Below, one piece after another: positions 20,502-27,642 of a DNA stretch of 64,000 nt (the first letter of the stretch is position 1; the number at the start of each line of letters is the position of its first letter). The notes under the pieces were generated by a model. That model did no database searches, was not told where the DNA came from, and worked only from the letters and a program-made list of their open reading frames with translations. The position numbers and the translations under genes were made by a program. This DNA comes from Chitinophagales bacterium (GTDB taxonomy: Bacteria; Bacteroidota; Bacteroidia; Chitinophagales; Chitinophagaceae): contig JAFLBL010000001.1 in assembly GCA_017303855.1 (NCBI GenBank), forward strand, positions 189,978 through 253,977. The letters run 5' to 3'.

Positions 20502-21368
20502 ATGAAAACGATTGTAGTCCCCTTTGATTTTTCAACCAATGCCACACATGCGCTGGCTTATGCGTTGCAATTGTCAGCCGTTACCTATTCGCCCGTACTG
20601 GTATTCCATGTACTTCACGAATCACCCTACCGGCTGGCATCGGCTACCACCCCCGCGGAAATGGATGAACTGATCCGTTTTGATGAACAGGAAAAAATAC
20701 GGGAACTGGATAAGGCAATCGGGGAATTGCTACCGACACTGCCGGTTAAGATTAACCGGGAACTGATCAGCAGTAAGGTGCAATATCATGCGCTGATCGT
20801 TGAGAAAACCATTGAAGTGGCGCAGGCGGCGGAAGCCGGGCTGATTGTAATGGGAACGCATGGCGCTTCGGGCATCCGTAAATGGTTATTCGGCTCCAAT
20901 ACGGCCAATATGGTGGCCCGTTGCCCCATACCTGTGCTGGCAATACCTGAGCAATATGCCTACAAACCGATTTCCAGATTATTGTATGCTTCGGATCTGG
21001 AAAACTTGGAAACAGAACTGAACACACTGATCCCTTTTGCCATCCGGCTGCATGCCGTTATCGATGTACTGCACCTGGATTATGGCGAACATGAAAAAAA
21101 GATAAGTACGGATACGGCAGAACGGGTATTGCGCAATCTGCCCTACCAGTTTATCATGTTACACACGGTTACAGCCGACCTTAATAAATCGTTGATGAAA
21201 CAACTGAATCAATCTGTTCAGTCAATGCAACCGGAGTGGCTGGTAATGTTTACCAGGGGCCGCAATTTCTGGGACCGGATTTTCTCCGGCAGCCGTACAG
21301 AAGACATGGTACAGGCACTTCCCGTTCCTATCCTGAGTATGAAAAAACCCGGGGCATCAACGACATAG
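20502..21368 (+). CDS. universal stress protein (tandem USP domains), paralogue of the preceding gene
   Basis: 288 aa. It starts MKTIVVPFDFS and has VMGTHGASGIRKWLFGSNT. Confidence 0.8.
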   Translation: MKTIVVPFDFSTNATHALAYALQLSAVTYSPVLVFHVLHESPYRLASATTPAEMDELIRFDEQEKIRELDKAIGELLPTLPVKINRELISSKVQYHALIVEKTIEVAQAAEAGLIVMGTHGASGIRKWLFGSNTANMVARCPIPVLAIPEQYAYKPISRLLYASDLENLETELNTLIPFAIRLHAVIDVLHLDYGEHEKKISTDTAERVLRNLPYQFIMLHTVTADLNKSLMKQLNQSVQSMQPEWLVMFTRGRNFWDRIFSGSRTEDMVQALPVPILSMKKPGASTT

Positions 21369-21839
21369 CCGGTTGATGATTTCACGTAAATCCGGATAGG
21401 CTGCGGAGAGTTTTTCTTTGCCGGCCAGTTCAAAGTCTGCAAAATCAAATCCGGGGGATACCGTACAACCAACAAACGAATACGTGGTTCCTTTGGCTGG
21501 TTCACTTGCAAACCAACAACCCGCCGGAACTACATACTGGTATACAGACTCTTTCCCAGGCCCCAGTGTAATTGTTTGTAAGCAGCCACCAGGATCAAGT
21601 ACATGAATTAACAGAGATTGCCCTTCATAAAAATGCCAGCATTCATCACTCTTGATCCGGTGAAAAGCTGAAAAATTTCCCGCTTCCAGCAGAAAGTAAA
21701 TAGCCGTTGAAGAGGGTCTGGGTCCCGGGAATCCGGGTACCTCAAGCAGCGTCTGGGAACAATAAGTCCGCACATAATAGCCACCCTCCGGATGTGCTTC
21801 CAATCCATACTGATCAATCAATGCGCGAACCCTGTCCAT
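21357..21839 (-). CDS. cupin domain protein (DUF985-like)
   Basis: 160 aa. LEAHPEGGYYVRTYCS near the N-terminus is typical of the DUF985 cupin family. Its 3' end overlaps the convergent USP gene by 12 nt. Confidence 0.7.
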   Translation of the reverse strand: MDRVRALIDQYGLEAHPEGGYYVRTYCSQTLLEVPGFPGPRPSSTAIYFLLEAGNFSAFHRIKSDECWHFYEGQSLLIHVLDPGGCLQTITLGPGKESVYQYVVPAGCWFASEPAKGTTYSFVGCTVSPGFDFADFELAGKEKLSAAYPDLREIINRLCR

Positions 21840-21840
21840 A

Positions 21841-23736
21841 TCAGAATCCTTTTTTCACCGGTTGCTGATCACCACCGGCTCCCACCACAGAACTGCCATA
21901 TACTTTGATGGTGGATTTGATAAAATCCTTTTCACCGGCTTTATAGATGTTCTCCACATACTGTTGCGGATTGCGGTCTATAAAAGGAAACCAGGTACTT
22001 TGAATCTGGATCATAATCCGGTGGCCTTTTTTAAATGTATGCAGTACGTCCTGCAACGGCACATTCACTTCAGTGATCTCACCGGGTACAAAGGGTTCAG
22101 GCTTTTCAAAACTGTTGCGGAAACGGCCACGGAAAACTTCACTGCGCACCAGTTGCTGATAACCACCCATGACAATGTTTTTTGGATTATGGTCATAATT
22201 AGGATGGTTGTCCGGATACACATCAATCAGTTTTACGACAAAATCCGCATCGGTAGTGGAAATGGCAACTTTCAGTTTCGCCAGTATTTCTCCGGCCAGG
22301 GTCACTTCATCTCCCAACACTTCAGTCTGAAAAGTCAGTACATCCGGTCTGCGCGAAGCGTCCCGTTGATCGTCGCTCATATAGTTACGGGGTGTAAAGG
22401 TCAACCCTTCTGTCTGCGAGGTATACGGCACCGGTTTCGCCGGATCACTGATATATTCAAATTGCAATTGTTCACTGGTGGGTTCATTGATGGAAAGCTT
22501 ACCATTCTCCCCGAAATATAATTTTACCGGTGGAATGTCCCTGGGCGGCCACACATCAAATTGCTCCCACTTTTTATTTCCGGTATTGAACATATAGGCT
22601 TCCGGAAGATTCATGGTATCCTGGTCCTTCAGGTAATAACCAAAGAATTTGCGCTCAATATTCCGCTGGAAAAAAGTGGAAATGCTATCCCCGAAATAAA
22701 TATGATTATGTGTGGTTTTACCGCTTTCCCCGGCCCATCCGCCATGCGCCCAGGGGCCCATCACGATCGTATTCTTTGCCCCGGGAGTTGTTTTCTCAAT
22801 CGTTTTATAAATATTGAGCGGCCCGTATAAATCTTCCGCATCAAACCAGCCGCCTACCGTCAGTACCGCCGGCTTGATATTTTTCAGGTGAGGCAGAATA
22901 TTCCTTTTTTGCCAGAATGTATCATAATTGGGGTGTTCCACTATCTGGTTCCAGAAAAAATTATCATGATGATATTTCTCCGTAATGTTTTTCAGCGGCC
23001 CCTGCTTCAGGTGAAAATCATATCCGTCTTTTACCGGTTTGCTGTACATCCGCATTAATTCGGCATTAAACCAGTCCTGCCGGGTAGTATCTTTTTTCTG
23101 GTACCCGAATACGGCAAAAGCCGCGGTATAGCTCTGCAGGTAAGCACCCATATGGTGAAAGTCATCAAAGAAAAAATCGGAGATCGGGGCCTGTGGTGAA
23201 ACCGCTTTCAACGCGGGATGCGCGTCCGGCAACGATGCGGCGGAGTAAAACCCGGGATAGGAAATTCCATAAATCCCCACCCTTCCGTTATTACCTTTCA
23301 GGTTTTTTATCATCCAGTCAATACTGTCCCAGGTATCGGAGCTTTCATCCACATCTGTTTTATTCTTCGGGTTGTTGCCCGGGATATTAGGGGTCATGTT
23401 ATTAAACAACCCATCGCTCATATAACGGCCACGCACATCCTGAAAAACCAGGATATACCCGTCGTGTACCAGGTATTTTGACGGATGTCCATGGGTGTTG
23501 AACCCGCCATAGTTGGACGCATTGTAGCAGGTCCTGTTCATCAGTATCGGGTAGGTTTTAGACTTATCCTTTGGCATATATACCAGGGTAAACAGTTTCG
23601 CCCCGTCACGCATGGGTATGCGGTACTCAAACTTGTCAAAATTATCTTTCATGTACTGTGTCTCCGGATCCGTGGTTTGTGCCTGTGCCTGATAACCCAC
23701 CTGGAGAAATAGCAGAATACAGATAAAACGCCGCAT
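21841..23736 (-). CDS. CocE/NonD family hydrolase (S15 Xaa-Pro dipeptidyl-peptidase-like), secreted
   Basis: I chose the ATG at 23736 (MRRFICILLFLQVGYQAQAQ signal peptide) over the track start at 23811. It has the GISYPGF nucleophile elbow and a C-terminal beta-sandwich domain. Its stop lies 1 nt from the cupin start. Confidence 0.8.
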   Translation of the reverse strand: MRRFICILLFLQVGYQAQAQTTDPETQYMKDNFDKFEYRIPMRDGAKLFTLVYMPKDKSKTYPILMNRTCYNASNYGGFNTHGHPSKYLVHDGYILVFQDVRGRYMSDGLFNNMTPNIPGNNPKNKTDVDESSDTWDSIDWMIKNLKGNNGRVGIYGISYPGFYSAASLPDAHPALKAVSPQAPISDFFFDDFHHMGAYLQSYTAAFAVFGYQKKDTTRQDWFNAELMRMYSKPVKDGYDFHLKQGPLKNITEKYHHDNFFWNQIVEHPNYDTFWQKRNILPHLKNIKPAVLTVGGWFDAEDLYGPLNIYKTIEKTTPGAKNTIVMGPWAHGGWAGESGKTTHNHIYFGDSISTFFQRNIERKFFGYYLKDQDTMNLPEAYMFNTGNKKWEQFDVWPPRDIPPVKLYFGENGKLSINEPTSEQLQFEYISDPAKPVPYTSQTEGLTFTPRNYMSDDQRDASRRPDVLTFQTEVLGDEVTLAGEILAKLKVAISTTDADFVVKLIDVYPDNHPNYDHNPKNIVMGGYQQLVRSEVFRGRFRNSFEKPEPFVPGEITEVNVPLQDVLHTFKKGHRIMIQIQSTWFPFIDRNPQQYVENIYKAGEKDFIKSTIKVYGSSVVGAGGDQQPVKKGF

Positions 23737-23889
23737 AGTATATTTTTGAGGGAAGTTAAAACATCCTGAGAGAATCCGGCAGGGATATTTACACAAACGG
23801 TGAATTACCACCGGTAATGAATGCTCGTTGCCGCAACGATCCGGTTAGCCTTCATCCAATGGAAAATATCAGCAGGGGTAAAATCTTTA

Positions 23890-24321
23890 TCAGGGTTTGG
23901 TTACCTGATCATATTCAGTCGTGTCCACAATAGTGCTGTAGTTGACAAACAATTCTTCTCCTTCCCGGATTTCACGTAACGACTCAAAGTATTCTCCGTC
24001 ATTTACCGATATCACATTGGGAATGGCCGCATGGTTCAGGTAATTTACCATGTCCATCACTTTAAAGCCATAATCCGGGAGGTAATAATCCTGTTCATCG
24101 TACAGGCAATAGGTCTCCACGAGGTTGCGGGAATGGGCCGGCAATTTTTCAATATCGGCAACCGGAACCTTTATCCAGTTACCCACATTCCGGGAAAAAA
24201 TGGTTTTGCAACCTTTGGGAATAGTACAAAGGGCAAAGACCCCAATACCATGAACCGGGGATGGTTTTAACGTGATATATGTTTCCGCGGAGAGTTCCTG
24301 GAGTAATTCCTCTTTGGTCAT
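23890..24321 (-). CDS. minimal SET-domain protein (putative protein-lysine N-methyltransferase)
   Basis: 143 aa. It has HGIGVFA (GxG), YLNHAAIPN (NH...PN) and GEELFVNYS (ELxxxY) motifs in SET-domain order. Confidence 0.75.
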   Translation of the reverse strand: MTKEELLQELSAETYITLKPSPVHGIGVFALCTIPKGCKTIFSRNVGNWIKVPVADIEKLPAHSRNLVETYCLYDEQDYYLPDYGFKVMDMVNYLNHAAIPNVISVNDGEYFESLREIREGEELFVNYSTIVDTTEYDQVTKP

Positions 24322-24330
24322 ACAGGAATT

Positions 24331-24480
24331 TTAACTGCCACGCTGGGAACCGGTATTCTGCTGCTTGCTGACGAACCCGGATTTGGGTTTTTGTATAAAC
24401 TTGGAACCGGCAGTGCCCGCCCCTTTCTTTTTATCCTCTTTCTTCTTTCCTTTCTTATTTCCCTGATTAAGCAATGACAT
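24331..24480 (-). CDS. candidate 49-aa lysine-rich basic microprotein (below the ORF-track cutoff)
   Basis: ATG at 24480 and TAA at 24331-24333. It translates to MSLLNQGNKKGKKKEDKKKGAGTAGSKFIQKPKSGFVSKQQNTGSQRGS. It ends 9 nt before the SET gene ATG, and a TAtcTTTA -7-like box lies at 24495-24502 on the minus strand. Confidence 0.4.
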   Translation of the reverse strand: MSLLNQGNKKGKKKEDKKKGAGTAGSKFIQKPKSGFVSKQQNTGSQRGS

Positions 24481-24548
24481 AGGAATATTTTTTATAAAGA
24501 TAACAGTTTCATTTTTTCCTGCAAGAGACTACTGAAAAAACATACCCG

Positions 24549-25034
24549 TCACTCACCCGATCCGATCCATAATTCAGCCTTCACACGGTAATGCGTGGCA
24601 CTTCGTTCCACCTGGTTGATGATCAGGCCGGCTACCCGGAGTTGCCATTGCTTTTTCTCCGGATCAAAATAGGTAATCACCTGCCCCCTGGATACGGATA
24701 TAAAAGAAGATTGCTCCCCCGAACGGAAAGAATAAGCCGCTTCCACTTCGGTTTTTCCACGGGAACCAGGTACTATTTTGTAGGTCGTATTCCGCAGGTT
24801 TTTATCATGAAAATAAAGTGTAAAAAACTGATCCTTCTGCTCCACCCGGATCGTCAGTTTTCCTTTTACCCGGTATACTTTCAATTGTGAGGGGCGTGCG
24901 GCAATGAAAAAATTATTGGCACTCACTGTATCGGTAATATAAACCGGGCATTGCAACAACAGGCTGTCGTGTTCGGATTGCCCCCTTATTATCGTGGCAT
25001 ATAAAAATAAAATCAGGGAAAGAGAAAGACGCAT
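24549..25034 (-). CDS. secreted hypothetical protein
   Basis: 161 aa with signal peptide MRLSLSLILFLYATIIRGQ and beta-rich composition. Confidence 0.5.
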   Translation of the reverse strand: MRLSLSLILFLYATIIRGQSEHDSLLLQCPVYITDTVSANNFFIAARPSQLKVYRVKGKLTIRVEQKDQFFTLYFHDKNLRNTTYKIVPGSRGKTEVEAAYSFRSGEQSSFISVSRGQVITYFDPEKKQWQLRVAGLIINQVERSATHYRVKAELWIGSGE

Positions 25035-25085
25035 GGTTGGTTTTTGTACTGAAAAAATACAACATTTCCGGCTTGTTCAACCGTT

Positions 25086-25757
25086 TTATGTCCGGCTGCC
25101 GAATAACAGGCTGCCGATCCGGACCAGGTTACTACCGGCTGCCATTGCCAGTTTATAATCCCCGCTCATACCCATGGAAAGGGTATCGAAACTACAGTTC
25201 GATGTTTTAATGGCTTCATACTGCTTGTAATAAGCATGCAGTTGCCTGAATTCAGCTTCTACCAATGCAGTATTCTCTGAAAAAGAAGCCATCCCCATCA
25301 GCCCACGTACCATGACATGGGCGTAAGTGTCATTTTCCGTCAATCGTTGCATCAGTTGATCCAGTTCCGCTTTATCCAGCCCGAATTTTGTTTCCTCCCG
25401 GGCAATATGCACCTGGAGCAAACAGCCGGTTACCCGGTTCAGTCTGGCTCCTTGCTTATGGATTTCTGCCAGTAGTTTTTCACTGTCCACCCCATGGATC
25501 AGGTGTACAAAAGGTACTATATACTTAACTTTATTGGTTTGCAGATGCCCGATAAAATGCCAGCGGATATCCGCCGGTAACTGCGCTGCTTTATCCACCA
25601 GTTCCTGTACATAGTTTTCCCCGAAATCACGCTGTCCCAGCGCATAAAGTTCAAGAATATCGGCCACCGGTTTGGTCTTAGATACCGCCACCAGGGTTAT
25701 ACCCTTTTTTGTCAGTTCCAGCTGCAGTGAAACATATGCCGCTTTATCAATTGCCAT
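25086..25757 (-). CDS. yggS: YggS family pyridoxal-phosphate homeostasis protein
   Basis: 223 aa. It has LVAVSKTKP (PLP lysine), FGENYVQE, HFIGHLQTNKV and SMGMSGDY motifs. Confidence 0.85.
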   Translation of the reverse strand: MAIDKAAYVSLQLELTKKGITLVAVSKTKPVADILELYALGQRDFGENYVQELVDKAAQLPADIRWHFIGHLQTNKVKYIVPFVHLIHGVDSEKLLAEIHKQGARLNRVTGCLLQVHIAREETKFGLDKAELDQLMQRLTENDTYAHVMVRGLMGMASFSENTALVEAEFRQLHAYYKQYEAIKTSNCSFDTLSMGMSGDYKLAMAAGSNLVRIGSLLFGSRT

Positions 25758-25776
25758 TGCACAAAGGTACCGGAAT

Positions 25777-25805
25777 AAAAAAAACCGCCGGCAGCGCGGC
25801 GGTTT
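25777..25805 (-). terminator. intrinsic terminator of the acyl-CoA dehydrogenase gene
   Basis: The minus strand reads AAACCGCCG-cgctgc-CGGCGGTTT followed by a T-run. Confidence 0.7.
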
Positions 25806-25822
25806 AAATAAATAACACCCTT

Positions 25823-26977
25823 TTATTTCAGGATACTCCGGCTGATGACGATCCGTTGCACTTCACTGGTACCTTCATAGATCTGGGTGATCTTGGCGTC
25901 ACGCATCAGGCGTTCTACATGGTATTCTTTTACAAACCCGTAACCGCCATGTACCTGTACGGCTTCGGTGGCCGTCCACATTGCCGTTTCAGAGGCAAAG
26001 ACTTTGGCCATGGATGAAGAAAGCGTATAGTCTTGTCCGTTGTCTTTTTCCCAGGCGGCTTTAAGGCACAATAACCGGGCCGCTTCAATTTTGGTGGCCA
26101 TATCGGCCAGTTTGAACGCAATAGCCTGGTGATTCATGATCTCCGTTCCAAATGCCTTTCTGGTTTTGGCATATTCCCTGGCCAGTTCATAGGCACCACT
26201 GGCAATACCCAATGCCTGTGAAGCGATACCGATCCGTCCACCGGCCAGTGTTTTCATGGCGAACTTAAAGCCGAATCCGTCTTCCCCCACCCTGTTTTCC
26301 TTGGGCACTTTTACATCCGTAAACATAACGGTATGGGTATCGGAACCCCGGATGCCCAGTTTATTTTCCTTTGCCGCGACAACCACGCCGGGCCAGTTTT
26401 TTTCCACAATCAGGCAATTGATTCCTTTTGATCCCTTGGCCGGATCAGTCTGGGCGATTACCAGGTAAACGGAGGCTGTCCCCCCGTTGGTAATCCAGTT
26501 TTTGGTACCATTCAACAGGTAATAATCCCCTTTATCTTCGGCGGTGGTGCGTTGTGAAGTGGCATCACTGCCGGCTTCCGGTTCGCTGAGCATAAAGGCA
26601 CCGATAAACAACTCGCCGTCTTTTTTTCCCTGGGCCAGCGGGGTCAGGTATTTTTGTTTCTGTGCTTCTGTACCAAAATCCTGCAGCCCATAACAAACCA
26701 GGCTGTTGTTTACACTCATACACACACTCACACTGGCATCTATTTTACTGATTTCCTCCATGGCCAGCACATAACTGATTGTATCCAGACCGGAGCCCCC
26801 ATACTCAGGCTTTACCATCATACCCATAAAACCAAGATCGGCCAGTTTTGAAATCTGTTCACGGGGGAAAATCTGTTTTTCGTCTCTCTCAATTACACAA
26901 GGCAAACATTCCTGGCGGGCAAAATCCCGGGCGGCCTGACGAATCATTTCCTGCTCTTCGGTGAGTTGGAATAACAT
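25823..26977 (-). CDS. acyl-CoA dehydrogenase (short/branched-chain type)
   Basis: ATG at 26977 (MLFQLTEEQEMIRQAARDFA). It has GSDATS, the YEGTSEVQR C-terminal motif and the typical length. Confidence 0.9.
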   Translation of the reverse strand: MLFQLTEEQEMIRQAARDFARQECLPCVIERDEKQIFPREQISKLADLGFMGMMVKPEYGGSGLDTISYVLAMEEISKIDASVSVCMSVNNSLVCYGLQDFGTEAQKQKYLTPLAQGKKDGELFIGAFMLSEPEAGSDATSQRTTAEDKGDYYLLNGTKNWITNGGTASVYLVIAQTDPAKGSKGINCLIVEKNWPGVVVAAKENKLGIRGSDTHTVMFTDVKVPKENRVGEDGFGFKFAMKTLAGGRIGIASQALGIASGAYELAREYAKTRKAFGTEIMNHQAIAFKLADMATKIEAARLLCLKAAWEKDNGQDYTLSSSMAKVFASETAMWTATEAVQVHGGYGFVKEYHVERLMRDAKITQIYEGTSEVQRIVISRSILK

Positions 26978-26996
26978 ATGGGGTATTTTTTTAAAT

Positions 26997-27012
26997 CCTA
27001 ACAACTGTTAGG
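26997..27012. promoter_or_regulatory. palindrome CCTAACA-ac-TGTTAGG upstream of the acyl-CoA dehydrogenase start (candidate operator)
   Basis: 7-bp inverted arms, 20-35 nt upstream of the ATG at 26977. Confidence 0.25.
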
Positions 27013-27119
27013 TTACAAAGATAAGCGCCTGTTCCGGATGACAAAGAACCGGGCCCGAAATTTGTTTGTCAGATATCCACGGACTTTAAACAGAGTCAAT
27101 GGGTTGGACAAAATTGGAC

Positions 27120-27127
27120 TACCTTTG
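27120..27127 (+). promoter_or_regulatory. candidate -7 promoter box (TAccTTTG) for ccmE-ccmF
   Basis: Matches TAnnTTTG, 17 nt before the ATG at 27145. Confidence 0.45.
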
Positions 27128-27144
27128 CCCCGCAAACAAATACC

Positions 27145-27600
27145 ATGAAAAAAATCCATATTATTCTGCTGGTGCTGATTGCCGGATCAATCGGCATATT
27201 ACTGTCTTTTATGGACAGCACCAGTACGTACGACACGATTGAAACGGCCATGTCCAAGCCCGGCAAATTTGTACACCTGATGGCCAAACTGGACAAATCG
27301 CAGCCCATTGAATATGATGCGCAGAAAGACGCCAATTACCTGAGTTTTACAGCCACAGACAGTACCGGAAAATCTGTAAAAGTGGTATACCATAACGCCA
27401 AACCGGATAACCTTGAATTAAGTGACAAACTCGTTCTTAAAGGCAAATACCAGAACGGCATCTTTGATTGTAAAGATATACAGACCAAATGTCCGTCCAA
27501 GTACAAAGAAGAACAGGCACAAGGCAAGACCCACCCGGGTAACACACCCGCCGCAACGGGTACCACACCGGCGAATACAGGAAGCGAACAGGCAAAATAA
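27145..27600 (+). CDS. ccmE: cytochrome c maturation heme chaperone CcmE, Cys-type (CxxxY) variant
   Basis: 151 aa with an N-terminal TM anchor, an OB-fold-like core (FTATDSTGKSVKVVYHNAKPDNL...LVLKG) and C-terminal KCPSKY where E. coli CcmE has HDENY. Confidence 0.7.
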   Translation: MKKIHIILLVLIAGSIGILLSFMDSTSTYDTIETAMSKPGKFVHLMAKLDKSQPIEYDAQKDANYLSFTATDSTGKSVKVVYHNAKPDNLELSDKLVLKGKYQNGIFDCKDIQTKCPSKYKEEQAQGKTHPGNTPAATGTTPANTGSEQAK

Positions 27601-27642
27601 CCAGGTATCCCGGCACAGCGACATCACTACAAATAATCAGGC

